A stretch of DNA of 64,000 nucleotides from a virus. The stretch is from IMG/VR virus record IMGVR_UViG_3300000553_000005, positions 64,001 through 128,000 of that record; one strand, given 5' to 3'. The stretch's first letter is position 1, and each line of letters starts with the position of its first letter. Positions 7,153 through 18,204 of the stretch are shown here, piece after piece. The notes beneath the pieces were generated by a model. It saw only the letters and a program-made list of their open reading frames with translations, did no database searches and was not told the DNA's origin. The position numbers were made by a program, and so were the translations under genes.

Positions 7153-7425
7153 ATGACCGATCAAACTAAATTTACTTGGGTCTGTCAGAAGATTTTGGCT
7201 GATGACCCTGGATCTGTGGTTGTGGAGTGGGACACTTTTAACGTGGGTCTTCTAGAGGATGGCTCTTTTAGAACGGTTTATTCCTGTTGGTCCCAGGAAG
7301 ATGCAGATTTTCTTTTAGCTTCCCTCCGCTGGTACTCCGATTTTCAAGAACAGGGAATTATGTCTTCCTTGCCTAAAACTATTAGACCAAAAAGAGTAAT
7401 ATCTAAAAGAGTGAGGAAAACTTAA
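7153..7425 (+). CDS. hypothetical protein
   Basis: GAGGTG SD. Confidence 0.6.
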   Translation: MTDQTKFTWVCQKILADDPGSVVVEWDTFNVGLLEDGSFRTVYSCWSQEDADFLLASLRWYSDFQEQGIMSSLPKTIRPKRVISKRVRKT

Positions 7426-7435
7426 AGGAGTTTTT

Positions 7436-7657
7436 ATGCCAATGGAACACTATTATATTCAAGTAGACTCGGAAACTAAAGAAGGGAGACTTGAATTACG
7501 TTTTGGCACTAAAGTTGAATGTCAGCCAATTAGAAATTTCAAATTAATTGAAAGTCGGGAGATTACTTACCACACTACTGAAGGTGATGTGATCTGTACG
7601 GATTCCGGCCCCAAGAATATTAGTCTCTCAATGATGGGAGTAGACCTAGAGGAGTAA
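7436..7657 (+). CDS. hypothetical protein
   Basis: AGGAG SD. Confidence 0.55.
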   Translation: MPMEHYYIQVDSETKEGRLELRFGTKVECQPIRNFKLIESREITYHTTEGDVICTDSGPKNISLSMMGVDLEE

Positions 7658-7659
7658 CT

Positions 7660-8058
7660 ATGAAAGTAGCTATTATTGGTTCAAGGAATTTCATTGATAA
7701 AATGCTACTAGAACAAGCTATTCAAGAATCAGGTTTTAATATTACTGAAGAATGTTGTGGCGAAGCTCCAGGTGCAGATACTTTGGGTAGAGTATGGGCT
7801 GAAGAAAAAGGAATCCCAGTAGTCTCTTTCCCTGCTGATTGGGATAATCTAGATGTTCCAGGTGCAATAATTAGAGTTAACGCATGGGGTAAAAAATATA
7901 ATGTTAGAGCGGGAAAAGATCGAAATACTAAGATGATCACGTACGCCGATGCTATCATAGCCTTCTGGGATGGATCTTCTCCTGGGACACGCCATAGTAT
8001 TAGAGAGGCTGAACGTTTGAAGAAACCTATTTTTATAAAACAATTTCATACGGATTAA
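7660..8058 (+). CDS. SLOG superfamily (DUF2493/YspA-like) protein
   Basis: IIGSR, GEAPGAD, AG..RN..M and FWDGSSPGT motifs. Confidence 0.85.
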   Translation: MKVAIIGSRNFIDKMLLEQAIQESGFNITEECCGEAPGADTLGRVWAEEKGIPVVSFPADWDNLDVPGAIIRVNAWGKKYNVRAGKDRNTKMITYADAIIAFWDGSSPGTRHSIREAERLKKPIFIKQFHTD

Positions 8059-8117
8059 TTTTCGATAAGAAATGGATTGAAACTAGTTTTTTATTATAAT
8101 AGAGAAGAGGAAATTAT

Positions 8118-8342
8118 ATGATTCATCAACATGAAAAACGCACTATCGAAATTCTAAGGATGATTCAAAGAGGAAATGGTCTGATTCGTGAGGCGGCTCT
8201 TCCCCATAAAGATGATTTAATTATGTTTCGTTTGACCAGTAAGGGGTTTATAAAAGCTATTGGATCTAACGTTGATACCGGAGAATCCCTTTTTAGCATT
8301 ACTAAAGAGGGTGAAAAAGAAGCCGGAAGAAACGAAAATTGA
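8118..8342 (+). CDS. small winged-helix-like protein
   Basis: L.SKGFI...FSITKEG pattern. Confidence 0.5.
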   Translation: MIHQHEKRTIEILRMIQRGNGLIREAALPHKDDLIMFRLTSKGFIKAIGSNVDTGESLFSITKEGEKEAGRNEN

Positions 8343-8367
8343 GTATTAACTAGGTAGAAGGAAGTCT

Positions 8368-10323
8368 ATGGACCCGCTTGAAGAAGAGGTATGCCCTCTG
8401 ATTACTCCCTATACTGAAAAATTAAATGTCCCCCATAAGACATTAGAACTTCTGTATAGTATCAGAACCCATGATCCTGAAACTGGTCCTATCCCCATTA
8501 CTTACCCTCCAACTGTTCGCACCATTATGAAGAATGGTAAAGAACTCAAAATTCGTAACTATCAAACTCAGTCCATTGCTCATTTCATCAAAATGCCTCG
8601 ACATATTGATGGTCACGGAGTCGGGCTAGGGAAGTCACTTATGGCGATTGTGGCATCAGCTTACAAAATATCTAAAAACCCTAATTTAAAAGTTATAGTT
8701 ATGGGAACCAAATCCACCACTTATCAGTGGAAGGGAGAATACGAAAATTTCACCACTTTAAACGTTGAAGTTCTTCAGGATACCTATAACAAAATGAAGG
8801 GGTCTGAAGCTCGACTGGCTCAGATAGAAAATTTTCTAAAATCTAAAACTCAGAACATTTTGATTTGCAAATACACCTCCTTAGTTGGTCGAAGGCGCAC
8901 TATTGAAGGGGAGTTTGATCAAGATGGCAATCCGCTTACTAAAGGTGCTAAAGAGGAGATTTCTCCAGAGGTCCAAGCTCTCATTGATCTCATGAAAAGT
9001 TATGGTGAGAATGTCATTTTAGTGTGTGATGAGGCCCAAAAATTTAAATCCACTACTTCTCAAATTAGGCGTATGATTCTTAAATTGCAGCCGCATATTG
9101 GCGTGATATGGGCCATGACCGCTACTATCATTCAAAATTCTCTTGAAGAAATGTATTCAATCGCCTGTGCCATAGGGATTCGTCCCTTTGGTGCCATGAC
9201 TCTATTTCGTGATCGTTTCTGTATATATAAGCAAGTTCATGTGGGTAGAGGGGTAATGAAGGATGTTTTGGTCGGTTATAAAAATGTAAAAGAATTTAAG
9301 ATTGGGATGAGGCCATTTTATTATGGACGTTCACAGGCACAAGTAAAAGAACCTTTACCGAAATTAACTACTATTTATCACCCTGTTGATTTGGATAAGA
9401 AGCAATCTAAATTGCTCCTTGAAGACATCCCTAATGGTAATTTTATTTTACCTCCATCCATTCGTAAAAAAGGGGGCGAACTCTACGAAAAAGAGCGTGA
9501 CCCCAATAATATGATGACTCAACTCTCTGTTTATCAGTTAGTTGCTAATCACCCTGCACTCCTTGATCCAGGTAACAAAGCTGAATTTTACACAAAGAAG
9601 TTATCTCCCAAGGAAGAAATGCTTCTGGACCTTCTGGACGGTGATCTTGAGGGAGAGAAGGTCATTGTCTTTACCAAAAGTAGATCCTGGATTGACCGTT
9701 TTGAAAAACTTTTTGAAATGGGTGAATTTGGAGATAGAAAATTTCTTCGCATTACCGGGGCTGAAAATGAAAAAGAACGAGATGTTGTTAAGAAACTATT
9801 CCAAGAAAATCCAAACCATACCCTTTTATTTATCAATAGCGCAGCCTCAGAGGGGGTCAATCTCCAACAGGCGGCTCATATGGTCATGCTGGACGCTCCC
9901 TGGTCCTGGGGTCAATTGCTGCAAACTGTGGGCCGTATGGTGAGAATGGCTAGTCCTCACTCAGCTTGCTCCCTTCATATTATCCCGGCCAGAGGTACTA
10001 TTGACGAATATGCCATTGAAGCTCTCAAAGGGAAGGGTCAGTTATTTGAAATTATCCTTGGGGAATCCTATTCGGCGGGAGTATTATCAGAAGATGGTAA
10101 TGATCTTGATCTTGCCTCCGGAATGGAAAAATTGAATGACGATGAAGAATTTAAAAAATTATTGAAGGTTCATGTTAAGACAACTAAAATGGGGGATTTC
10201 TTGAATGGCTCTATGTTAGAAGAAGCTCAAGATCAGGAAGGTTACAAAATGGCCTTTGAAAAGGGTAAGAAGAAGTCAGTAATAATAAAGGAAGAGCTAG
10301 ATTTCTCTAAATGGAACTTCTAA
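8368..10323 (+). CDS. SNF2-family helicase
   Basis: GVGLGKS, DEAQ, TAT, EGVNLQ, Q..GR..R motifs. Confidence 0.9.
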   Translation: MDPLEEEVCPLITPYTEKLNVPHKTLELLYSIRTHDPETGPIPITYPPTVRTIMKNGKELKIRNYQTQSIAHFIKMPRHIDGHGVGLGKSLMAIVASAYKISKNPNLKVIVMGTKSTTYQWKGEYENFTTLNVEVLQDTYNKMKGSEARLAQIENFLKSKTQNILICKYTSLVGRRRTIEGEFDQDGNPLTKGAKEEISPEVQALIDLMKSYGENVILVCDEAQKFKSTTSQIRRMILKLQPHIGVIWAMTATIIQNSLEEMYSIACAIGIRPFGAMTLFRDRFCIYKQVHVGRGVMKDVLVGYKNVKEFKIGMRPFYYGRSQAQVKEPLPKLTTIYHPVDLDKKQSKLLLEDIPNGNFILPPSIRKKGGELYEKERDPNNMMTQLSVYQLVANHPALLDPGNKAEFYTKKLSPKEEMLLDLLDGDLEGEKVIVFTKSRSWIDRFEKLFEMGEFGDRKFLRITGAENEKERDVVKKLFQENPNHTLLFINSAASEGVNLQQAAHMVMLDAPWSWGQLLQTVGRMVRMASPHSACSLHIIPARGTIDEYAIEALKGKGQLFEIILGESYSAGVLSEDGNDLDLASGMEKLNDDEEFKKLLKVHVKTTKMGDFLNGSMLEEAQDQEGYKMAFEKGKKKSVIIKEELDFSKWNF

Positions 10324-11018
10324 TGGAAACAAAATTTGGTGTCTGCCCAATTTGTAATGGAACTGGGTTAAAAATTACCAACAAAGAATTTAGTATGGAA
10401 GAGTGCGAATGTATTCAAATTGAAAAAATTCGTAATCATGTAAAAGAATTAAAAGCATCTAAATTCTTAACTAGCACTCCTCTTTTACACTATTTGAATG
10501 AAGGAAGGGATATAATTATAGAGTCTGACGATTTTGAAGCAGTTCGATGTCATTTAAAAACCGCTTTAGTTCTAAATAGAGGATTTAAATCTTTTAAGAT
10601 TGTAAACCCCGGCCATTTGGTAGCTCTCTCTATTGAAAATCCTACTCTTATTGAAAATATCGACTTACTTGTTATTGAATGTTCTGTATTTCCTCATTAT
10701 GATAATGCCGCAAAACGACACGAATTTACTATGGCAACTAGAAATTCTCTTGGGAAGCCTACTTGGTTCGTCATTAAAGGAAATTTCCCTGCATTTAAAT
10801 GTGTAAAAAACAACATTTATACACCTGGATTTCTGGACGTTTTAAACAAATATGCTGTAGTGAGAATTAGCAGAGAAAAAACTAATAGCTTGATTAAATC
10901 TCCTAATGTAAAAGATGAAATTAAAACCAATAGGGGTGCAGGAATAATGGGAGTAACAAGTCGATTGTTAGACTTTAATCCTGAGATTGACAAACGATTA
11001 CATGATATCAAGGAGTAA
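10311..11018 (+). CDS. Zn-finger protein, possibly a degenerate DnaC-like loader
   Basis: CPICNGTG...CEC N-terminus; RNSLGKPTW resembles the DnaC/IstB region; no intact Walker A. Confidence 0.45.
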   Translation: MELLMETKFGVCPICNGTGLKITNKEFSMEECECIQIEKIRNHVKELKASKFLTSTPLLHYLNEGRDIIIESDDFEAVRCHLKTALVLNRGFKSFKIVNPGHLVALSIENPTLIENIDLLVIECSVFPHYDNAAKRHEFTMATRNSLGKPTWFVIKGNFPAFKCVKNNIYTPGFLDVLNKYAVVRISREKTNSLIKSPNVKDEIKTNRGAGIMGVTSRLLDFNPEIDKRLHDIKE

Positions 11019-11020
11019 CA

Positions 11021-11368
11021 ATGCCAGAGAAACGTTTACTGGTGACAGGAATGACTCTTAGCCTAGATTTGAAAGACCTTAATTATGGCGCTGGGCAGAG
11101 TCGGTTTATAAACATTAAGAGTGAGGTTCCTGAAGGGGCAGAAGGTGTCCCCATTGAGGAAATGGACTATCTAGTTGATCAAAGTCTAGATATGCATTTG
11201 ATCATGTGGGAAAGCATTCAAATCGCCAAATATAGTGCAGGAGAACTAACTGGAAAAGATGCTTTGGCCTCTATTGACAAAGCTAAATCTAGAATTAGGA
11301 AAATCAGAGAATTTATGAAATCTGAATCCAAAGAAAAACAGAGTATTGATGAATCAGGGGAGAAATAA
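11021..11368 (+). CDS. hypothetical protein
   Basis: AGGAG SD; operon packing. Confidence 0.7.
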   Translation: MPEKRLLVTGMTLSLDLKDLNYGAGQSRFINIKSEVPEGAEGVPIEEMDYLVDQSLDMHLIMWESIQIAKYSAGELTGKDALASIDKAKSRIRKIREFMKSESKEKQSIDESGEK

Positions 11369-12670
11369 ATGAGTACGGAAATTTTAAATGCACTTAAAGC
11401 TGAAACCATTCTAAATGGAACTACTATCTTAGGTCAAACTCAGAATTTGAATAGCACTCTAAAGTATAAGACTGACAAAAATTCTTATAGTTTTGAGGAT
11501 TACTTCCATATCTTAAACGCTGAATTACAGGGGATAGAGCGAATCGAACTCTCTCCCGTAATCCCTCCAGGGGGCGCACAGTCTTATCTCGCAGAGCTTT
11601 CCACCGCTCTCCAACTTATAACAGACAAAATCGAATCTGCTCATACTAAGGCTATTTATTTTGAGGGGAAATTAAAATCTGCGGCTCATTTACGTGATAA
11701 TCTTCAAGCTACTTTCTCCGCTTGGTACCTTATTGCTATCTCTGAAAGACTAAAATTTTATGATATAAAACTCCCAGCCTCTACTCAAAGGGCTTTAGCT
11801 GAATCCGAATTTTCAAGGTTGGTGGGAGATGAAGATTTAAATATAGACGGTCTTATTTCGGCAGTTGAAGTTATGATTGTTCACCTAAAAGAAATGAAGA
11901 AGATCGCTAACGAAAAATATAAGCTTGGGGCGGATCAAGCTAATGCCTCTATTACTAATCTTCCGTTTAATGGGGTATCCGAAGGTAGTCAATTCTCCCT
12001 TCTTAAGCAACGTTGGGATATGAAATCAGAAATTAAATCAGATCCGGAATATGATGATATTATAACCGAAGAAGAACCAGCATATATTCAAAAACAGGAA
12101 CGCCAACATACGGAAATTCCAGAAGGTATTCACAAGATTATCAGTTCTCCTTCAGTGTTATTTGATGATGAAGTAACTGCTGAAGACCTAGAAACCAAAG
12201 CTCAAGAATGGCGCGAACAAGTAGAAAGAACTGCTGAAGGTGCCTATAGTAAGGCTGAGGATATGTTTCGTAGTTTATCCGAAGAAGAGTTAGCTAAGGT
12301 TAAGCCTATCACAGAGGAACAAGTTCATCAAGCTTTAGAAGAAGGAGCTAGGGATGTTGCTATAGCGACAGGAAAGACAGTGATTATAGAAGATTCTTTT
12401 GCAGGAACTGTCAAAATTACTGATACTAAAGCTGAATTAGTCCCATTAAAGAAGCGCACCATTAGTTTTGATGATGAAGATGACATGGAAGTTATTTCTG
12501 AATCAAAGCCAGCGAAAAAACCAGTAATAGAAGAAGTAATCTCTCCCAAAAAGAAGAAAGTAATTTCTTTTGATGATGAGGATATAGATTTTGGAATGGC
12601 TATTCCTGAACCAAAGTCGCCAGTAAGTAGGAAGAAAATTGATTTTGATGCGGAAGAATCCCCTTTTTAA
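11369..12670 (+). CDS. hypothetical protein with acidic C-terminus bearing repeated K-rich-ISFDDED motifs
   Basis: Long ORF; KKRTISFDDED, KKKVISFDDED, KKIDFDAEE. Confidence 0.75.
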   Translation: MSTEILNALKAETILNGTTILGQTQNLNSTLKYKTDKNSYSFEDYFHILNAELQGIERIELSPVIPPGGAQSYLAELSTALQLITDKIESAHTKAIYFEGKLKSAAHLRDNLQATFSAWYLIAISERLKFYDIKLPASTQRALAESEFSRLVGDEDLNIDGLISAVEVMIVHLKEMKKIANEKYKLGADQANASITNLPFNGVSEGSQFSLLKQRWDMKSEIKSDPEYDDIITEEEPAYIQKQERQHTEIPEGIHKIISSPSVLFDDEVTAEDLETKAQEWREQVERTAEGAYSKAEDMFRSLSEEELAKVKPITEEQVHQALEEGARDVAIATGKTVIIEDSFAGTVKITDTKAELVPLKKRTISFDDEDDMEVISESKPAKKPVIEEVISPKKKKVISFDDEDIDFGMAIPEPKSPVSRKKIDFDAEESPF

Positions 12671-12698
12671 TTAGTAATAACCTAACAGGAGGCCACTA

Positions 12699-13460
12699 AT
12701 GGCAAAGCATTTTGAAGATGAGGATGAACTACCTAAGAAGTCCAGCAAGAAGGCGGCTGTGATGGATGATGAGGATGAAGTTACAGATAAGAAGACATCG
12801 ACTCCTGCTATTGTAGTTTCAGAAGACGATGATTGCGAGTTCGGTGATCAGAAGTTGATGCGCCGTGGGGACGGTCTTGATCGTGTTCGTCCTGCTAAGG
12901 GAGATGCGGTTCGTTTCGCCATCTATCCTGGAATCAAACCTAAGAAGGCCATGAACCATTACATTGACAAGAAGGGCACCTATCGTTGCCTCACTACTGA
13001 AGAAGCAGAGGGTATTTGTTGTAAACAACTTGGTCAACCCAACCTTCAAATCGTGGCTATCGTGGTGCATTATACTAATGCTAATACCAAGACCGGAAAG
13101 TACGCTCCAGACAATCACGATACAGAGTTTGAAATCAAATATGTGAACCTTTCCAGAACCAACTTTGCAGACATTTCTGCTTTGGTTCAGGAAGATGAGA
13201 AAGCCGATGATTTTGATATCGTCATGACTCATCGTGAGAACGGTATTGGTTATAAGATGGCGAGAGTAAGTAAGGAAGCTCGTTGGAAGAAAGATAAGAC
13301 CGTGACTAAAGCGGTTATTGAAGCTGTGGCTAAGTTTGAAGATGGGGCCTTGCTCACTAAGAAGCTTGGTAAGTACCTTAATCCTATTGAATGGAAGCAA
13401 TTCCTCTCTACTCTGGATACCACCTCTGAAGATGAGGATGGTGATAACAGCGATCTGTAA
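12699..13460 (+). CDS. probable single-stranded DNA-binding protein
   Basis: Acidic termini, H/C cluster, strong SD and own promoter motif, position in recombination module. Confidence 0.55.
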   Translation: MAKHFEDEDELPKKSSKKAAVMDDEDEVTDKKTSTPAIVVSEDDDCEFGDQKLMRRGDGLDRVRPAKGDAVRFAIYPGIKPKKAMNHYIDKKGTYRCLTTEEAEGICCKQLGQPNLQIVAIVVHYTNANTKTGKYAPDNHDTEFEIKYVNLSRTNFADISALVQEDEKADDFDIVMTHRENGIGYKMARVSKEARWKKDKTVTKAVIEAVAKFEDGALLTKKLGKYLNPIEWKQFLSTLDTTSEDEDGDNSDL

Positions 13461-13575
13461 AAATTTAAAAAGACGCAATCAGCAATCTACCTCCTTAATA
13501 ATGGTAAAAGCGTCTTGAATTATCTAAACCGTGTCATCTGAGAAGGCCAGCCCGGTTTCTTCATTTGGAGTCAAA

Positions 13576-14148
13576 GTGGATTGGCAAGATCGAATTGAAA
13601 ATTATAAGAAGGAAACTGGTTTTCCTGAAGCTCTTTTTATTGGAGCAGATGGCCGTGTTGTTGGAACGTGGATAATGGGCAATAATTACGCTGTTAAATC
13701 CACTTTTTATGGTGGATATCCCCACGGTTATTTAAAACGTATTAAGTCCTTATTTCCTGATAAACAAAATGTTCTCCATCTGTTTTCAGGTAAAGTGGAC
13801 ACTGTTCTTTTCCCAGGTAAAACTGTGGACATAAACGCTGAAAATAAACCTGACTATGTGGATGACGCTCAAACTTTAGTTAATGTTCCATTGGAGGAAT
13901 TTGATTTAGTTCTGGCTGATCCTCCTTATAGTATAGAAGACTGTGACCACTACCAGACTTCCATGGTAAAAAGAACAGTAGTTATGAGAACTCTTGGAAA
14001 AAGATTGACTTCAGGAACTCATGTAATTTGGCTCGACCAAGTACTTCCTCAATATCGTAAAGACCAATTTTCTATGGAAGCGGTTATTGGTATGGTTAAA
14101 TCGACTAATCATCGTTTTAGAGTTATTACCATTTTTAGAAAGTTATAA
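13576..14148 (+). CDS. N6-adenine/N4-cytosine methyltransferase-like protein
   Basis: LHLFSG (motif I) and ADPPY; GTG start with GGAG SD (ORF track starts at 13531). Confidence 0.75.
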   Translation: MDWQDRIENYKKETGFPEALFIGADGRVVGTWIMGNNYAVKSTFYGGYPHGYLKRIKSLFPDKQNVLHLFSGKVDTVLFPGKTVDINAENKPDYVDDAQTLVNVPLEEFDLVLADPPYSIEDCDHYQTSMVKRTVVMRTLGKRLTSGTHVIWLDQVLPQYRKDQFSMEAVIGMVKSTNHRFRVITIFRKL

Positions 14149-14149
14149 T

Positions 14150-14977
14150 ATGGTTAGAGCAAAGAAAATTAAACCAACTTTGGCAGAATTAATTAAAATC
14201 CCCCCTATTCATGATATAGAGGAATGGGTAGTGGTGGGGATTGATCCTTCATTATCCCGCACTGGCCTTTGTCTTCTTAATAATTTAGGGGATCATTGGC
14301 GTTGGAGCCACATTGCATCTCTGAAACCTTTTGATGCCTCCTATCCGACTTGGGTTCGTGCAATCATGATGGCAGAGTATATTCTTGCTTCAGTAAATAA
14401 ACTAGATGGCTGTATTCCTGATATTCTTGGGGATTTTACTCCAACTAAAGGTTTAATTATAACTCTGGAAGCTCCAACCCCCATGAATGACCATCTCAAT
14501 ATTGTGAATAAAATCCTTCATACTATTATTGTTCCTGGTTTGAATATACATTTTAAAGAGGTGTATATTCAACACGTTAATGCCATGACTATGAGATCTT
14601 GTTTTGGCCTTAAAGCTACCGGCAATAACAAATATGAGAACATTCAGAAGGCTCAAGAATTTGCCCCTGCTGCTATCTATCCTGGCATTGATTCTGATTC
14701 CTGTGATGCTATTCTTTTATCTCAGTTTGGGCGTTATACGGCTGACTTCTTTTTGGGTAAAGAGTTATCAGAAATCCCCGATAGGATAGCCTTAGCCCTT
14801 TGCGACTTCACTGATGTAGAGAAAGGTAAGGGGAGAAATGCTTATGTAGTCAAAAAAGGAATTCTTTATAACCCTGCTTACTGGTTTAAATATGAACCCA
14901 CAGAATACAGTATTAGTATAAAGGACGCACGAATCCCGCCTAAGAAAAGGCTGGAAGTTATCAAGACCATCATATAG
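14150..14977 (+). CDS. RuvC-like Holliday junction resolvase
   Basis: VGIDPSLSRTG, TLE, DSCDAILL catalytic pattern. Confidence 0.8.
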   Translation: MVRAKKIKPTLAELIKIPPIHDIEEWVVVGIDPSLSRTGLCLLNNLGDHWRWSHIASLKPFDASYPTWVRAIMMAEYILASVNKLDGCIPDILGDFTPTKGLIITLEAPTPMNDHLNIVNKILHTIIVPGLNIHFKEVYIQHVNAMTMRSCFGLKATGNNKYENIQKAQEFAPAAIYPGIDSDSCDAILLSQFGRYTADFFLGKELSEIPDRIALALCDFTDVEKGKGRNAYVVKKGILYNPAYWFKYEPTEYSISIKDARIPPKKRLEVIKTII

Positions 14978-14985
14978 GAGAAAAA

Positions 14986-16233
14986 ATGGCAAGGAAGACA
15001 CTAAAGACAGCGACATTCAGTTCTGGGGATAAAAAGGCCGCATTTCTTGAAGCTATGGGAATGATGGATGATTCTGATGCGACTACCTTAAAGATGGATA
15101 TTGAAGAGAAATTCACCCCCACTCGTTCCATTGTCCTGGATAACGTCTTACGCCTTAGAGGACTTCCTCGCGGTGGAAGAATGATTCATATTCATGGTAA
15201 AGAGCATGGTGGTAAGTCCACCCTCTGCTACTCTATGGTCAAGGCTTATCAGCAACAAGAAGACGAGCCTGTTGTTATCTTTGATTTTGAAGGTACTGCA
15301 ACTCCCGGCTATCTCCGTGGTCTAGGTGTAGATTGTTCCCGCGATGCTTTGGCTGTCATGAAGCCAACTTGCGTAGAAGATGCTATCAAGCAGACCATTA
15401 CTTTCATGAAGGCAGGAGTTAAACTGTTTATTTATGACTCTATTCCTCGTATGAAATCCATGGTTGACGAAAAAGAAATTTTCAATGGTGGAGCCTTCAA
15501 GCAATCTATTGGTGATCATCCTAAGGTCATGCAAAAATTTTTTGATATCTTACTTCCTTACGCCATTAAGTACGATTGCTTATTTATTATGGTTAATCAG
15601 ATTCGTGCAAGAATTGAAATGACCCAAGAGGCATTACAGGCTCAAAAATATGCTTCAATCACCAATGTGAATTACTCCCTTCCTGGTGGTTACTCAGTTC
15701 GTTTCACTTCTTCGCTTTCTATTGAAGTTAACGTAGCTAAAGCTTTTCGTGCGGGAGGTTACGCTAATGACCCATTTGTTCTTGAACCAGGAGATAACAA
15801 GGGGGACTATGTAGCCACCAAAATTAAAATTCGTATCATCAAGAACAAAGCCACCACCGGAGGTTATCGTGAATTCCATCTCTGGCTTCGTCCTGGTTTG
15901 GGTCTTGATGATTGGATTTCAGTCCGTGAGTTGGCCCGTAATTATGGCCTTATCACCAATAAGGGGAAGAAATATATTGTTGGGAACGAAGATAATCCAA
16001 TCAAGGTATACGATTCAAAAGACGATGCTATTGAAGGTCTAGTTGTTAACCCTGATTATGAAGTTCTAAGCCGTTTGAAAGTAATTGTCGCTGCCGCGAT
16101 TGAAAGCGACCATGGCGCGTATACTACTGAACTTACTGATGGAGATAAATATGCCGCTGGTGAGAAGGATATTGAAACTTCTACAGTTACAGTAGCCTCT
16201 TTTGAAGAGGATGATGATGACTCATTTAGCTAA
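14986..16233 (+). CDS. recA: RecA/UvsX recombinase
   Basis: GLPRGGR..GKEHGGKST, FDFE, YDSI, NQIR, PGG and KNK motifs. Confidence 0.92.
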   Translation: MARKTLKTATFSSGDKKAAFLEAMGMMDDSDATTLKMDIEEKFTPTRSIVLDNVLRLRGLPRGGRMIHIHGKEHGGKSTLCYSMVKAYQQQEDEPVVIFDFEGTATPGYLRGLGVDCSRDALAVMKPTCVEDAIKQTITFMKAGVKLFIYDSIPRMKSMVDEKEIFNGGAFKQSIGDHPKVMQKFFDILLPYAIKYDCLFIMVNQIRARIEMTQEALQAQKYASITNVNYSLPGGYSVRFTSSLSIEVNVAKAFRAGGYANDPFVLEPGDNKGDYVATKIKIRIIKNKATTGGYREFHLWLRPGLGLDDWISVRELARNYGLITNKGKKYIVGNEDNPIKVYDSKDDAIEGLVVNPDYEVLSRLKVIVAAAIESDHGAYTTELTDGDKYAAGEKDIETSTVTVASFEEDDDDSFS

Positions 16234-16405
16234 TAGCACTCATATTTATTACGATCCAAAGTTCAAGCCCCAAGATGATCAAGGCTGTATGCACAAGGCT
16301 TGTCCTGAGTGTCATGGAACAGGTAGAAAAACGGACGGTTCTATGTGTATCCACTTTATCTCTTGTCCGTGTCCCAAATGCACCCCATATTGTTAAGGAG
16401 AACAG

Positions 16406-17041
16406 ATGAAAGATGCAACTGATATCGCAGTAGTACTAGACCGTTCCGGCTCCATGCAAAATATTCAACATGATACGGAAGGGGGATTTAACACTTTTGT
16501 TAAAGAACAGAAGGAGCAACCGGGTGAGGCTAAATTAAGTCTTTACCAATTTGATGATAAGTATGAGGTAGTTTACGAGAATATGGATCTGAATAATGTT
16601 CCTGCTCTTTCTCTTATTCCTCGCGGCTACACCGCCCTTCTGGATGCTGTTGGTAAAACCATTCAGAGCCGTGGAGAGTATTATGCTTCTCTGGCTGAAG
16701 AAGATCGCCCTGAACGAATTGTTTTCGTTATCATCACTGATGGAGAAGAGAATCATTCAACTGAGTATACTCTGGATGCCGTTAAGAGCCTGATTACACT
16801 CCAGAAAGAGACTTACAAATGGCAATTTGTGTTCCTTGGGGCCGATATCAATTCTGTCGCTGTCGGAAGCTCCATGGGTATTTCCAAAGGATCTACAATG
16901 GATTTTGCTAAATCTCCTGTTGGAGTGGCTAACACTTACTCCAATCTATCGAAGAATATTTCCAGCTATCGTTCTTGTGCTAGTAGAGAGGTGTCCTTCT
17001 CTGATGCTGATCGTATTGATTCCATGAAGACTGATAATTAA
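16406..17041 (+). CDS. von Willebrand factor A domain protein
   Basis: VLDRSGSM (MIDAS), TALLDA, ITDGEEN. Confidence 0.9.
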   Translation: MKDATDIAVVLDRSGSMQNIQHDTEGGFNTFVKEQKEQPGEAKLSLYQFDDKYEVVYENMDLNNVPALSLIPRGYTALLDAVGKTIQSRGEYYASLAEEDRPERIVFVIITDGEENHSTEYTLDAVKSLITLQKETYKWQFVFLGADINSVAVGSSMGISKGSTMDFAKSPVGVANTYSNLSKNISSYRSCASREVSFSDADRIDSMKTDN

Positions 17042-17052
17042 GGTGCCTTTGA

Positions 17053-18204
17053 ATGGCTAAGATTTACACGTTGTCAGCAAGAAATTTCCAGTCATGGCGA
17101 GAATTTAATCTCCCCATGACTGGATTTACGGTTATTATTGGTCCCTCTGATCGGGGTAAATCAGCTATCATTCGTTCCTTGCGTGGAATTTTACGTAATC
17201 AAGTAGGGGCCAACCATATTACCTACGGAGAAAAAGAAGTATCTGTAAAGTTGTCTTCGATTGATGGAGATGTAAAACTTTCTCGTAATGCTAAAACCAC
17301 TGCTTATACTGTAAACGATGAAGAATATAGTAAGCTAGCGGGTGCGGTCCCCCCTATTGTAGAGGCAATGAAGTTTAATGAGGTAGAAGTTAATGGAGTT
17401 AAGCTTGATCCTATTTTTGCTGGGCAGTTTGATTCTCAATTTATGCTTGATCTTAGTCCAGCCGAGTTAAACTCCATTTTTGGGTTATTTTCTTCTACAG
17501 AGAAATTGAATTCCGGAAAGAAAAATGCCGCTTCTAAGAATCTAGAATTTAATGCTACGGCTAAATTTCTAGCTTCTGAAATCCAAGAAGCTGAAGCTAA
17601 GAGTGGCCTACTAGAAACCTTAAATGATGAAATGGAACAGCAGAGCCAAGAAATTTTTAAATTAGAAGATTCTTACAACTCTGCATTGACCTCTCTAAAT
17701 CTTTTAGATCTGTTAAACGCTGGTCAAAAGAGAAAAAGACTCTTGAAAAAGGCAGTCGGCTTTCCCCTACCATTTACTGAAGTATTAGTTAACACTTTAA
17801 ATTCTGGTAGAAAATTGGTTCAATATACTAGAAGGAAGCAAAATCTCGAAACGATCAAAAAAGCTGCTTTAATAGACATTCCTTTTGGAAAAATTTTAGA
17901 ACAGCAGTTTTTGATCATCACTAAATTAATAAAAACTAAAAAACTTATCCAAAGAGTAGCGGCTTACAAACAGCTACCTATGGATCCAATTCAGAACGAA
18001 CTTAATCCTCTTTTCTCTCTTGTCAGCAAATTGACTACTTTTTCCAAATTGAATAAAAGTGTCATCAATAGGAAATTGGAATTGGATCTAAGTATTAAAC
18101 AAATAACCGAAATCACCAAACAGCTTGATGATTTACAAGGTAAGAGTATTCAGTGTCCTAAGTGTGGGCACTTTTTCACTGGAGTCACCCATGGGCATGA
18201 ATGA
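17053..18204 (+). CDS. SbcC/Rad50-like ATPase, N-terminal half ending at the Zn hook
   Basis: NFQS, GPSDRGKS, Q-loop GQFD, coiled coil, terminal CPKC; no signature or Walker B motif. Confidence 0.8.
   Translation: MAKIYTLSARNFQSWREFNLPMTGFTVIIGPSDRGKSAIIRSLRGILRNQVGANHITYGEKEVSVKLSSIDGDVKLSRNAKTTAYTVNDEEYSKLAGAVPPIVEAMKFNEVEVNGVKLDPIFAGQFDSQFMLDLSPAELNSIFGLFSSTEKLNSGKKNAASKNLEFNATAKFLASEIQEAEAKSGLLETLNDEMEQQSQEIFKLEDSYNSALTSLNLLDLLNAGQKRKRLLKKAVGFPLPFTEVLVNTLNSGRKLVQYTRRKQNLETIKKAALIDIPFGKILEQQFLIITKLIKTKKLIQRVAAYKQLPMDPIQNELNPLFSLVSKLTTFSKLNKSVINRKLELDLSIKQITEITKQLDDLQGKSIQCPKCGHFFTGVTHGHE

Noticed and set aside
12819-13478. 219-aa minus-strand ORF, and similar long antisense ORFs (e.g. 39498-40049, 56398-56907)
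   Set aside because: These are shadows of well-supported genes on the opposite strand.
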